Assembly (NCBI RefSeq): GCF_021869535.1
Contig: NW_026262679.1
Location: 50,034,001-50,098,000 of the forward strand
Length of the DNA stretch: 64,000 nt
From: Mytilus californianus
Taxonomy: Eukaryota
Direction: 5' to 3'
Shown: positions 24,401-37,840 of the stretch, piece by piece
Numbering within the stretch: position 1 is the stretch's first letter
Layout: every line of letters starts with the position of its first letter
Notes under the pieces: model-generated
The model's input: only the letters and a program-made list of their open reading frames with translations
What the model was told of the DNA's origin: nothing
The model's database searches: none
Made by a program: the position numbers and the translations under genes

Positions 24401-27400
24401 CAAAGGCCAGAGGCTCCTGACTTGGGACAGGCGCAAAAATGCAGCGGGGTTAAACATGTTTTGTGAGATCTCAACCCTCCCCCTATACCTCTAGCTAATG
24501 TAGAATAAAGAAACACACAGCGATACGCACAGTAAAACTCAGTTTAAAAGAAGTCCGAGTCCGATGTCAGAATAGGTAACAAAAGAAACTAAGCAAAATG
24601 ACAATGATACATAAATTAACAAAGGACTACTAGCAGTCACTGACATGCCAGCTCCAGACCTCAATTAAACTGATTGAAAGATTATGTCTTCATCATATGA
24701 AAATCAAGGACAATCCCTCCCGTTAGGGGTTTAGTAACAAACCATCATAAAATATATGAGAAAAACATAACCCGTATCATGCCAACAATTGGTTTTAGAA
24801 TAAATGTATACTTGTTCATATTTAACAATATTGATCAAATAAAATAAGTTTTAATGTACTTCACGTAAAAAATAATAAGAATGTAATGCTAATTGCATCA
24901 TATCAATGACATCTGCTTAATATTATCGAATGGCGAACCAATATAAAAAGTATTGCTGTCAATCTCAATACTGTTCTATGATACAAGTATTTACTTACCT
25001 TGCCTAGATCTAAAACAAAAATACTTTGATGATTTCTATAAGGTATTTTACACATGTAGCATGCAACGACGGATGACTGAAATAGCCCGTATGGAGAGAA
25101 TTGTCATCGAGTGTCGTTTCATTTTTTGTTGGAAACATATTTAATGTTGTTCCATACAAATTTCATACCTAACTCCAGGAATTTTTCGAAATAAAATAAA
25201 ATCTATTTTATATTGTATAAAACTTACCTCGGAATTTTACCCCAATTTCGGTGAGTTACTTAGAAGAACTTTTCTCTAGATTAAATTAATGAAAATATCA
25301 AGAAACTAACACAATGAACTATGCATCTTAATATTAGAAATGTTTTTATAATTGCAGACGATGACGGTGATGGATTGATAGATGAAGATTTAGCTACTGC
25401 TCCACGAGGTAAGATTTGTATCAAATTAACAAAATGATTTTCCTACAGTCAACCTCCTTATTTACAGATAGAAACTAATTAGATTATATTGAAAATGAAC
25501 GCTTGATGTGTTCAAGATTCAAATAAGCTTTCATCTTCAAGTCTAATGTAGCATATATGGTTCTGTCAACTGTATACATTTTCTTTTTTCAGTTGATGGA
25601 AACTGGGCAGATTGGGCTAATTGGGGCGCATGCTCCGTAACTTGCGATTCTGGACCCGGAACACAGTCCAGAACAAGAACATGTACAGACCCTGCTCCTG
25701 CAAACAATGGATTGGATTGTACTGGTGATACGACTGAGACACAGTCCTGTTCAACTGTCACGCCATGCCCAAGTGCGTATATATCCATAATAAATCAATA
25801 CAATTTTGCAAGATTACGTAGATTATAATAATCCTTAATAGTTATCATTCCAACCTCTTATTATTTCTAGAAATAATATAAGTTATTTTAAAGATCAGAT
25901 CTAAATATTGTAGATACATACATGTTTGTACACTGAATTTAAACATAGCAACATACACTAGCTGTTACAACATTCCTATCATTACAGTTGATGGAAACTG
26001 GGGATCATGGGGCGTATGGACTGACTGTATGGTGTCCTGTGGGACTGGTGAAATCAACAGAACACGCGAGTGTGACAATCCAGCTGCTCAATATGGTGGA
26101 GAAAACTGTACAGGTACTGCTGTAGAAACTGACAGCTGCTGGAATGGAACTTGTTATCCGTCAGTTATAGGAAATATTGATAGAGTAATTATTATATAAT
26201 TTTCTGATTGGTTAAGGTTTTCAGTAATTTCCCTGATCAATTAGACAGCGTTCCAACAGTTGGCAACAATGAATCATCAATCAAAAACTGCAATTGAAGC
26301 TTATTTACAAAAGAAAAGCGAAAGACACCAAAGGAACATTCAAACTCATAAATCGAAAATAAACTGACAAAGCCATAGCTAAAAAAGAAAAAGATCAACA
26401 GACAAACAATAGTACTCAAAACACAACATAGAAAACTAAAGACTGAGCAACACGAACCCCACCAAACACTGGGGGTGATCTCTGGAGCTCCGGATGGGTA
26501 AGCAGACAACATTTAAGCAAAACAATCATATATAAAAACAGTTGATGACTTTTTATTGGTTGTATACAAGGTTACTCAAAATAAGAGAAATATATTAACC
26601 TCGACATAAGACCTCGGTAAATATTATTTTCTTGTATCTAAGGTCACTACATGTAATTGTATATTACAAGTATGTCATGATAGTAAGAATGATCGACATT
26701 TAAACTTTTACTGTGTACAATTTCGGTAGCAGTTATATACGCTTTATTAGTATCGACCTATGTTAGTACCTTTATGTTTAATAGGCGTTTTCGAAGGGTC
26801 AAGTGAGGTCAAACGTCAAATGCATATTTTGGCTTAATTTCATAATGTATGAACAGTAAATTTCAATGTTGTGCTATTTTGATGATTCTATACACTGCGT
26901 TCAAAAAACATTTTCAAAAGCTTCTTAACCTTTTATTCTGTGTTTATGGATACATTTTACCACTAATTTCAGCAATAAGATTGAATCAATTTCTTTTTTC
27001 TTTTGCCCATTATTCAAATTATATATCACGCTCAATGTCATCTGGCTATATATAGAACTTTTGCCAATCACTTACTGACAATAAAAACTCCTTCAGGTCA
27101 ATTTTTCCACTATAACAAAATGACCTAGAGAATAATGTTACGCTGGTTTTGAATAAGATAAATCACAATTTATGGTATTTTCAAAAGCAATGTATGTTAC
27201 TAACAATCTAGTGGATTCATAAGTGAAACGTTTACAAAAACCTTCATAGTTTCATGTTTGTAAACACCGATTTCAGAATTGTTCTTGGACATGGTTTGGA
27301 TGTAAAGATGGGTCCATAACATGTATAGATTTCTCCTTCCGATGTGATGGAACCGAGGACTGCGATGATGGTAGTGATGAGTCAGCAGATATTGCAGGAT

Positions 27401-29239
27401 GTCCAACAGAGTGTAACGGAGCAGGTAATTTATTTTTAACGTAAGGTAATCAATCCTGTCATAAAATGATGTGACTGATCAGGTTTGTGATCACTAATAT
27501 AAAAATAAGGAGATGTGGTGTGATTGCCAATGAGACAACTATTCACGAGAGACCAAATGACGTATATGTAATTAATTATAGGTCACCTTACGGCCTTCAA
27601 CAATGAGAAAAACACATACCGTATATAAAGTAAGCTATAAAATCACCCGACAGGACAAAATGTTACACAATTCAAACTAAGACTTTTCGGGTATATCGGA
27701 GCGGGTATACCTCTCGAATAGAATATGAAAGACCCGGAGTATATTTCTCTTACAGTAAACAACGGAGAAGGTTCTGCATTGCCCTGGGCCTCAATGAAGT
27801 CGTGAAAATTAAACAGATTCTACCAAAAGTATGCTTTCATAAACATAATGAAAGATAATAAAAAAGAGGCGAAAGATATCAAATGGACATTCAAACTCGA
27901 AAAGTCGAAAATAAACAGACAATACATGGCAAAAAACAAAAAATGACGAAAAAATAACAACAGTACACAAAATACAACATAGAAAACTAAAGACTAAGCA
28001 ACACAAACTCCATCAAAAACTAAGGGTGATTTCAGGTGCTCCGGAAGGGTAAGACAATCCTACTCCACATGCGGTACCCGTCGCGTTGATAACAATTCTT
28101 ACCTCTAGCGGGATTTTTCAAATCATATATGCCGTTTCCATCAACATGTACAACGGAAATGGTATGAATTAAAAGGATTCACTTATGATTGCTAGCTAAA
28201 CGGTAGTGACAAATATTTCATGCACACAGGACGAGATAGAATCAACAATTAATAATATAGTTTGGTTTTTCAAATTGTTTGATTGAAGAAAAATTTATTG
28301 CCGGCCAATGGAAAAATGAGGGTATTGTTATTAAGGACACACATTTTGCCTTTCAACAGGCCGCCTATGGGTCCCCAAAAAGTTGTTGCAAGGGTTCTTT
28401 AACTTTTAAAGAGGTTCACACTCTCCATCGGAATAATCGTTCCCATTCTGAAAGCACGTGGATGCGTATTCATACATTCCGCACAGCCGAACGGACGTCC
28501 CTCTTTCACGTTGTTTTTACTGTCGGACGGAAGTAGTTTAGATAGTCATATTTCTATACCAAAGTTATGAATAAAAGGAGAAGTGAGTTTTACGTCAATG
28601 TGACAACAACCCAATGACATAAATAATAAAAAAATATCTTGAGGTCAACAACATACAGTCTTCTACAATAAACCGACGTCTATTCAATATGTCAAGCTCT
28701 AAATCACACCGATTCTAAAGAAATTATCATAAGCTATCAAAGATCTGCCCTAAATACCAAGATCTCCAAATAACAAGATTTTAAGATAAGATAGAAGACA
28801 ACCACTGACGAGGTTCTTCACTTGAAACAGGCACGTGAACAGATTGTTATTTCTAAAAGATGTAATATTTTCTCTTTGATATATAAGTGCAACATAACAT
28901 GATAATACATGTTTGTCGTGTAAATATTATCAAATCTTTCTTTAATTTTCGTACCATTAATTGAAAAATTCGCAAATAAGACAACAAACAAAAAAACACT
29001 GACGAATGCCAATCTTCTTGAAATTCTAAATAAACAGCACAAAAACGAAAAGAAAGACGTTATTTAAATTATGTTATAGGTTGTACAGTTTGTAGGTATA
29101 TGTTAGTAGTGTAACACAGAGAGTGAATGTTTAATTATTCATAATTTTCTTCTTTTTTTTAGGTACCATGTCAGTATCCAGTATTTTGATTGGTACGATA
29201 ATCTGCTTCCTTTATGTGACAATAATGGGACATTTTTAA
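18453..29239 (+). CDS. Gene A: IgGFc-binding protein N-terminal-domain protein with DxDxDG motifs, 2x TSP1, LDLa and a putative GPI signal (689 aa)
   Basis: Exons 18453-18504 (MKTILYLTVLVGICCGQ), 20456-20506 (GRDNQGTEFLLGFMDNR), 21625-22850 (large domain exon), 23885-23972 (PCSSTSTVAGDILDNDCDGWIDEETDNGI), 25358-25408 (DDDGDGLIDEDLATAPR), 25593-25772 (TSP1), 25988-26184 (TSP1), 27277-27424 (LDLa), 29163-29239 (GTMSVSSILIGTIICFLYVTIMGHF*). GT-AG throughout; 2070 nt, in frame. Confidence 0.88.
21066..21413. repeat. 49-bp minisatellite, 7 copies, in a gene A intron
   Basis: Unit acatttattttgataactgacactttaacgtattgtaaacatcacaagt. One copy is internally truncated; there are no spacers. Confidence 0.92.
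24025..24805. mobile_element. Dispersed repeat with a ~144-bp terminal tandem duplication, in a gene A intron
   Basis: taaaattgagaatggaaa.ggggaat.tgtcaaagagacaacaaccc occurs at 24025 and 24169. The body shares ggctcctgacttgggacagg with other repeats in the window. Confidence 0.6.
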
Positions 29240-29348
29240 CTTTTTAACCTTTGAATGCAACTTGAACTATTTAAGTTGGTTAGTTGAAATGTATGTTGTT
29301 GATTTGTATTTATTTTGTTAAATGTTATTTTTTTTTACTCTTTATTTA

Positions 29349-30235
29349 TGTTCCGGACCATATGAATATTTGGACCATACGCGTATGGTCGGACCATATG
29401 AGTATTATACTCTTTTGGTTATTAACGGTCCGAACTATATGAGTATTTAGACCATATAGATATTTTTCGAATAAATTCTTATTTCCTCCACAGGAACACA
29501 TAGTTCATTCTCCGAACCCAAAACGGCACAAGTTTCTAACTGATATCCTCTATCTTTTACATATTGTCTGAATCTTACTGTATATGTTGTAATGCCAGCG
29601 CTATAGTCCATTCAAAGCGCTTTTATCCTGTCGACTTTTCCGCCCGTAAGTGAAACCACAGGCGTTTGGGGCATGGGCTATTTTTTTCTTTTTTCGTAAT
29701 GTTTAAAGCATTATTTCAGAAACAAAATTTATTCTAATTTCTACTTATTTTCATTTGATTGATGTTTTCTTGCTCCCATTCATACGATCGTACTGTTATT
29801 GTAAGATCGTATTTAAAGGAGCAAGAACACATTAACTAACTAAGATTAATTCTAGATTTTAAAGAAATTTTAGTTCAATAGAACAAATTTAAACACCAAA
29901 AGAAAATTAAAAAAAAAGAAAAGAAAGAGGGTTCAATGGCCAAAGTTCATGTGAGCTAAACAATTGACTTCTTGTTTAACAGTTCATTTAACTATTTTTT
30001 GAAGTTTCGTAAGGACAAATTATTAATTTCGACGTAAAATGATTATACTGTGAGTAAAATTCACTATATTTCAGTAATCATGTTACAATGAATACGGCCA
30101 TATCATTGAATCAATCAAAATCTCTAAATATATACCTTTTCAATGTTCATCGCGTTAATAACCGGACCATACGCGTATGGTCGGACCATATGAGTACATA
30201 CGCGTATGGTCCAAATACTCATATGGTCCGGAACA
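29349..30235. mobile_element. TIR non-autonomous DNA transposon with palindromic subterminal motifs, just downstream of the gene A stop codon
   Basis: TIR tgttccggaccatatga.tatttggaccatacgcgtatg / catacgcgtatggtccaaatactcatatggtccggaaca, with TTTA on both flanks (29345-48 and 30236-39). Confidence 0.8.
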
Positions 30236-30351
30236 TTTATGTAATAAACTCAACCATTTATAGTTAGTATCACTATATTAAATTGTTTCTTTTTGCACTC
30301 TTAGTCATAGTGTTTCCTGTGCTTTTACGATTTACGGGGGGGGGGGGGGGT

Positions 30352-30609
30352 GTCGAATGCCGATGGCCGAGTGGTCTAAGAAGTCGAAATACTGTATCAC
30401 TAGCCTGGCAACGCTGAGGTTGCGAGTCCGAATCCCGCACGTGGCAGGTGCACTCGACTTCAACCTTAATAGAATTGTCAATTTTTCTACCGCAGGTCGG
30501 TGGTTCCCTTCGGGCACTCCGGCTTCCGCCACCAATAAAAACTGACCGCCACGAAATAGCACAATAGTGCTGAAAATGGCGTTAAACACCATTCAACCAA
30601 CCAACCAAC
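30352..30609 (+). mobile_element. tRNA-derived SINE
   Basis: A box TGGCCGAGTGG (30364), B-box-like GAGTCCGAATCC (30424), core ggtcggtggttccc..cgggcactccggcttccgccaccaataaaaactgaccgccacga and a (CAAC)n tail. Preceded by a G15 run. Confidence 0.75.
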
Positions 30610-32439
30610 GTTTTACGGTTATGATTGCTCCTGTGCTTCTTCTTATTATTCAACACGTGTCATTCATGGAGGTATCAAGACGCAGGTTATAGCGTCGTCA
30701 TATAGAGGAGCGTTTTGCAAAGTGGCATGATTTGGTGCAGTGGGTCACAATTAAGTTAGGTCACTCCCCCGAATGATTGCTTTAGTTTTCTACAAATAAG
30801 CAAACACAAAATAAAAGAGATGTTTGATTCAATATTTTACATCAAAATTTCAACATTGAATTGTGGTTGTTAAAAATTAACGCACGTTAATCATACTATC
30901 GAAAATTGACATGGTTTGGTCAAGCAATTGACATGGTGCAGCTAAGTGTTCCAAATTCTGTCATGGTAGATACAAACTGATCCATATTAGTTTCACGTTA
31001 ATATTGATAGTTTGTTTAATAGCGTCAAAACAAATCACACATTTACACAATGTACCGAATGACTTTGACACAATCTTACTTATATTGTGTGTTCAAATAT
31101 ACCATAGATCTTTGTGTTGCAATTCTTTGGTACTCTTTTCGCCTACAATTATCTCCATATGTTGGATACGAATTATGTCAGATGAGCGACATTAGGAGTC
31201 AAACGGTAACGACCTGTAAGCTTTGGGTAATTTAATCCTGCAATCCTATGAGCAAATAATCCCATCAATGCCTCAGGATGGTTTGTTAACAAGTGAGTTT
31301 TCAAACCACCAAGCAATATGCAAATGGAAAGATTTGTCGTATCTCACCATACACAATACCAATCGATGTACCACTGGACGAAGTATTTTAAGAAAATGTC
31401 ACGGTTTGCCGTAGCCGTCGGCATATACGTTTCTTGTGGCAATTGCCTATTATGTTCCTCTTTGTTGTATTTTTTTTAGTCTTTTTAGGGGGTGGCGGTG
31501 CGTCAATCGAAAAAAATCAAGTAAAATCAATCAAACCCGCTAGGCATGGGACAACACTCGTACATATATCAACAGACCCATTTTTTTTTAAACATACAGT
31601 CTGAACCCTAAAATGACACTAAAATTATTCTTCTTTATTTTCACTTTAAAATTAGGAGATATGGCATGATTGCCAATGAGACAAATATCCACCAGGGACC
31701 AAATGAAGTAGATGTTAGCAACTATAGGTCATCGTACGGCATTCAACAATGAGCAAAAATCCATACCATAAAGCAAGCTATAAAAGGCCCCGACATGACA
31801 AACTGTTTGTTCTGGAGCAAACTACACACACATTTTTATCAGAACCAGAAGTGGTTAAGTACAAACATTATATATACATATATACATGTACCACTTAGTT
31901 CACAACTCCCCATTAACAAATAATTTCTTGAATTTCTATAGATTTTCTCAATATGAACAAAAGAAGATATGCGATTTCAGTTAATGAAGTTAACTGCAAC
32001 CTAAATCAAATGACACTAGAAGGCAATAAATAGTCTTCAACAGTAGACATATGTAATCTATACAATATGGCTGGCTCTAAATCGTTCCGATTCTATAAAA
32101 GTGGATAAATTAAACAGAAACAATCAAAGATATAGGTATTTACTGAAGTATTTTTGTATTGGTTTTAAACCATGGTCAAAAGAAGCAAGTTATTTTACAG
32201 TCTCTACAAGGAACGAAGAGGTAGTGCCAACTTACCCTGAATTTATTTCAATGCAGGGTCATTTTCAAAATGTCTTTCAATCTTTGTCCAAATTCATAGT
32301 AAAACAGCTTTATGTGTGTTGTAAAAACACAATGGCTTATTTCTTAACAAATTGCTAAATTGTAAGTCCCGGAAGATAGCCCAAAACAGCTATTTAGACA
32401 GGTTTAAGCAAGTTTTTATTATTTATCTTTTTTTCTTTT

Positions 32440-32830
32440 AAACCAAGAGTTCCAAGTGGTGAAGTTGAAATCATCCTTTTGAAAATTTAACGGACGCCAA
32501 CACAAGTTGGTTGACCGTTAGGAAATATCTGTTTCACAGGTGTCGACGAATATGATCTGGTTGTCGTAATCTTTTCCTCATGTGACATACCCAATTAGAC
32601 TTGTCACCCGGTTTGTACTTACACAAGAAACACGACTGGTGCCACAAGTGGAGCAGGATCTGCTTAGCCTTCCGGTGCACATGAGATCACCCCCGGTTTT
32701 TTTATGGGGTTCGCGTTGCTCATTCTTTAGTTTTCTATGTTGTGTTTTATAGACTGTTGTTCTTTTTTTTTTTTGGTCAGTTTTACTTTTTTTCAAAGGG
32801 ATTGTCAGTTCGTTTTCGATTTATGACTTT
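32440..32830 (+). mobile_element. 5'-truncated Penelope-like element: RT C-terminus joined to the abundant 3' repeat
   Basis: VKLKSSF*KFNGRQHKLVDR*EISVSQ runs directly into gtggagcaggatctgcttagccttccggtgcacatgagatcaccccc. Confidence 0.65.
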
Positions 32831-32864
32831 AATTACTAGTATTTCTTTAGTTTCTTTTGCCTTC

Positions 32865-33600
32865 TTTAAAACTTAATTCCGTCCAGATTAAATCCAATTA
32901 TACCCAAAGCATTTTGGTCTAATTGTTGCAACTGTATTCGAATATGTAGATAAAATATGGGATAACTATTCAGATTATTTGAAAGATAGACTAGATAAAC
33001 AAATAAAGTGGGAGGCAACGCATATAGTTACAGTTGCCACGAAGCTAACTAGTATGATTTTACTTGAACGGAATGTGGGCGGGAGACATTAAAGACACGT
33101 CGGCAAAAAACATTCACAAAACGGTTTATTGTTGTTTATCATTGTCGTTTATCCAGCCTATTTTTTAGATCTGTTCACCGATAAAAATACATAGTTCTCG
33201 AAATGCGAATAAGATGGCACAAACGACTTTTCACTTGAATAGCTTTATCTCATCTACCATAAAACTGGAGTATAATCTCTCGGACAATACCAAATACAAT
33301 ATTTATTTCAGTCTTATAAAAACATTAACGAAAAACAAATCTATTGTTCCATCATATAATTATATTGGTAGTAGGATTGGTCAGATTTTACATACGAAAC
33401 TTTGCACTGAAAGTAGTTTTCTGAAAGATTATTTATTTAAAAAGAACCCGAAAGATATCCTTATATTGTCATTGTACAAAAGTGGAATCGTCGAAACAAA
33501 TATCTTCTTGTTTATATGTCCATTGTACCCAAGGCTGCGAAATCAATTATTTGACAACCTTGTTCTGAACTAACATATAAATAGCTTGCTATTTGGTAAT
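32865..33600 (+). pseudogene. Non-LTR (LINE) RT 3'-end relic
   Basis: VFEYVDKIWDNYSDYLKDRLDKQIKWEATHIVT..TKLTS, ETLKTRRQK, and ORF 33214-33573 ending LHTKLCTESSFLKDYLFKKN..VETNIFLFICPLYPRLRNQLFDNL, a typical LINE ORF2 C-terminus. Confidence 0.62.
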
Positions 33601-34289
33601 CCTTATATACCTCATAATGAAAATTGTAACAACTTTTTGATTGTACAAGACTTTATTGTCAAGTCGAAAAGATTTGTAAACTTAATTTAAAGAAACCAAT
33701 TTGCTCGTGTGTTATGCATAGTATTGTGCTTTCTTTGTAATTTTTAATAAACAGTGTATTTCTAGGTCATCTCATTCGTTATGTCAGATTCCCACCAAGC
33801 CCTATAATGTAAAAACAAGTTGACGCGGTATGATTGCCAATGAGACAACTATCCATCAGAGTTTAAATACAAGTAAGTGGATATAAACAATACTATAGGT
33901 CACCGTGCGGCCTTCAACAATGAGAAAACCCAAACCGTACAGCGGCCATAAAAGGCCCAGATATGAAAAAAAAATGTGAAAAATTAACGGCCTAATTTAT
34001 AACAAAAAAGTTACCGATGAAAATATAAGCTCTTTAAATTTTTTTTGTTTTTTTTTCATTTACTTTTCAAATATCAATCGTTTGTTGATTATTATTGTAA
34101 AATTAATTTGTAATGCGAAAGGAACTTCTATAAGTGGTTATCCATTTGTTTTCCAATCCCTTGAGTGAATTGTATTTTTTTCACATAAACAAGTATTTCT
34201 AAAAAACATTATTGTAAACACCAAATTAATAACCTTTCATAATAAGTTTATCCAAAGGATCAATAAGTATTCAAATTGTACGGGCTATA

Positions 34290-34503
34290 TACTGTGGATT
34301 TATTTATTTTCGTGTGTACTAATTTTCGTGGATTGAGGAAAAGTTTTATTTTAGTGGATATTTGATTTCACATTGTTTTGCCAAAGTTTACCTACAAGCC
34401 TATAGAAAATTTGTACTTCGTTGAACATTTAAATTCAGGGATCACTTTTACCCACGAAATCTACAAAAATTGGTATTTTCCTATTAATAATGAGTCCACA
34501 GTA
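34290..34503. mobile_element. Tc1/mariner-type MITE (TA target)
   Basis: tactgtggat..atgagtccacagta. A second, better-preserved copy lies at 55671-55882 (tactgtggattcatt..aatgaatccacagta). Confidence 0.72.
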
Positions 34504-35046
34504 CACATCATCACCGTAAAAATAAGGATATGATATCTTGATTTTAATAAAAAAAAAAAAAATGCAAATACAGACTAAATTCCATAATAAATCTGTGTAT
34601 CTGTGAAAGAATTTAGATAAGGTTTTAAATAATAAATGTTAACGAAATAGCGGACTTTATTATTTATGATCAATGAAATAGATAAAAACGTGATCTCAGG
34701 TGCTCCGGAAAGGTAGACGCAGCTCCGCATGTGGCTTCCGTCGTGTTGCTCGTATTTTATAACAATACAGGACGAGCGGCTCTTTGTTCATATTCAATGC
34801 GAGAAAAGATTAATTTGGTATCAATAGGTATCTTTTTTTGCATCATACCGACCGTTATTTTAACGTGTTAACTTAGATGACAAGAAAACACTTTACTAGA
34901 AATCACCCTTCTCTTCATCGTTTGACCAGGCCGATCATTAATTTAAATCTGTCCAGGGTATGCGCAAGCCTGACTAGTTATGTTAAAAAAAAGAGAGTGA
35001 CATTACGAGTCTGGCACAGCAAACAATTGTAAAAGCAGGGGGTTTC

Positions 35047-36261
35047 TATGGCAAGCCGTTCTCGTCAAAACTATGTTTAAACCCTTTTTTCGAGAAAAAA
35101 AATACACACTGAGAATTAAAAAAGCCACACTGAGATTTAAAACCCTAAATTAACACATTGAGAAATCGAAATTACACACTGAGATTTAAAAAAAAGAAAA
35201 AGACACACTGAGAATTTAAACTTACACACTGAGATTTTAAAAAGACACACTGAGATGAAATAAGTTGAAAAACACACACTGAGAATTGTTAATTACACAC
35301 TGAGATTTCAAAAAAAACACACTGAGATTAATATGCACGTTACTAATGAATATTCAAGAGATGAATAATTCAACAGATTAATATCTTGGTCTCCCGAACT
35401 CTCGTCATTATTATGAAATGTGGTTCCTTCAACCAACATTCGTAATAAATTTCAAGACTTAACATTGTTTTTTGCTAACTCATATTCATAAGTTTGTTGC
35501 CTATAATTCAGATTATTACTAACAGTGTATCGGGATTTTTTGCTTAAACCTGTTTAAGCATGGGTCCCTTTTCAAAAATCTTACAACTGCTACTGTGATT
35601 TCGCAAGGTAATCTCTTATATTTTTGTTACGTTTATTTGCTATAACAGGCACTTGGGTAAAATTTCACTGCATTGTTTGTCTTTTTGCAGATTGTTCCAA
35701 TGTTTTCTTATAATTTTAATAAAGTTTTTCACCATTTGGTTATATTTTGTAATGAGAGTAAGTGGGTATTTTTCTTGTTCTGTTGGTCTTTAATAACGTA
35801 GTTTTTCGAAACGTTGTATTTCTAATGTTTTTTATAAAATATTTGACGCCAAATTGAAGGACTCACGAGTTCTGTCCCCTAATTGTTTTAAGCTTGATTC
35901 AGATTAAGAAGTATGCTCATTAGATATGTGCGCATAAAAAGTGCGCACAAATCTCAGTGTGTAATTTTAAAATCTCAGTGTGTAATTTCAAATTTTCAGT
36001 GTGTGTTTTTCAGTTTATTTCATCTCAGTGTGTCTTTTTGAAATCTCCGTGTGTGATTTTCAATTCTCAGTGTGTATTTTTCATTTTATGTAATCTCAGT
36101 TGGTCTTTATGAAATCTTAGTGTGTAATTTTTAATTCTCAGTGTGTGTTTTTAGGTTATTTTATCTACGTGTGTTTTTTGTTGTTTTTTTTTTTAATTCT
36201 CAGTGTGTAAATTTTTCGAAAAATGGTTTACACATAGTTTTGACGAGAACGGCTTGCCATA
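35047..36261. mobile_element. Foldback-type element with ~300-bp modular inverted repeats
   Basis: Termini TAtggcaagccgttctcgtcaaaactatgt / acatagttttgacgagaacggcttgccaTA. Arms are built from acacactgagatt subrepeats (35104-35330; inverted at 35953-36210). Confidence 0.85.
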
Positions 36262-37840
36262 TGTTTCTCTTATTTTAAACAAGAGATTTATCGAATGCAT
36301 GTGAGGAAACATTATTTGTAATAAAGGAATGAATCAAAATTGTGCATTGCTGGAATCCCTCTGGTGTCCCATATTTCCTTTTTGTTTACTTTCATGTTGA
36401 CGTTCACAGAAAAGGTTTGAGTATTACCATGCTGAACATTGGCCATGGTCATTGCAGACTTTTATAACATGAATGTAAGCACGTGAAATAAATGCACTCT
36501 CCATAGAAATACTCACCATACTCCAGTAAATGAGGAATAAACTATAAAAGAATACCGAAAAAATAATTTAAAAGACCAGGATACTGTTACTCTAGTAGAT
36601 AGCGATTGTTGTCAGCCTATCAAAATTACGGATTCTAATGAAACGTACATGTAATGTAATTATTTATAGATATAACTGTTTTTTCAAATGATATTGACAC
36701 ACAAATGCATATTTACTGTAAATACAAATTCTTCGGTTATTGGATATTATAATTCCGTTATTAAATTATTACTTTTAAATTAAATAAAATTCATAATGAT
36801 CTGCGGTATTTTGATTATTTATTAAATATTCAAATATCATTTTTCGATTAGAATATTAAAGTTGCGTAAAAAAATATTTTGGTTTCGAATAATGTAATTA
36901 TTTCATTAAAATACGATTAAACGTCCGAAGTATGTTAACTAATAAAGAAGATTACAACTTATGAACTAACTAAAACTCTCCGTCTTCCAGTCCAAGAACA
37001 CAAGAGGTATGTATTATAAAGCTTATTTGTCTTTTTATTTCAAACATATTGAGGCAAACAGTTGATACAAAAGGACCATTGGTCCAAAGGAACAGAACGG
37101 TTGGTATACATTAATGTCATTAATTTTACACATTAAAACGAGGTACATGTACTGGTCAGTGGTTTTTCTAAAGTTCAAACCCAAGGAATTGAACAGTGAG
37201 TACAGGTTTACACTTAACTTTTCTTATTTGCATTGATATTTACTTTAACTTTAATGTTTTATTTAAATTGCGCTTCTATGTTTCGTTTTCACCTACTGCT
37301 ATAATTGTATATCACTAAAGACTAACATCAGAAGAAACAGTTTTTCAACGTCAACATCAGCTAACAACATTTCACTACCTTTTAACAAATTTTCTTATAC
37401 AAAGTCCAAACATTGGCCAATGTGACATCCAGATCTATTCATTATTCTTCCAGTGTATTATTTATACTTTGTCACAAGCTTCAGAAAAAGGACTAAACAC
37501 GAGTCTCGTATAGTTACATGCTGTACCAATAAATCAAATATAAGCCGATGAAATACAATTTTTATTTTCATCTTGCAATTTAAAAAAAAAACTTTTAATA
37601 TATTATAAGGTTTCTCCTCTTCAACTGCTTTATTTGGAAACAGAAGGCGATATTGCATATACATAGACCATGAAGAGGACTCGATGTATAATTTTATCTC
37701 TTTTGTTGATAGAAGCTTTTGTATTTGTTGATAATAGCTTTTGCATTTGTTGATAATTATAGTTTATGCATTTAATTATATTTATTTCTTTTGACTTAAG
37801 TGGGTTATATACTTGCTTATTATAGATTTAAAAGGAGAGC

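Noticed and set aside
28801-28840. CTGACGA...GAAA as another hammerhead
   Set aside because: Stem II is weak, and there is no valid NUH site or stem I partner.
30357-30440. Possible tRNA gene
   Set aside because: A and B boxes are present, but there is no convincing cloverleaf and the sequence continues into a SINE core and simple-repeat tail.
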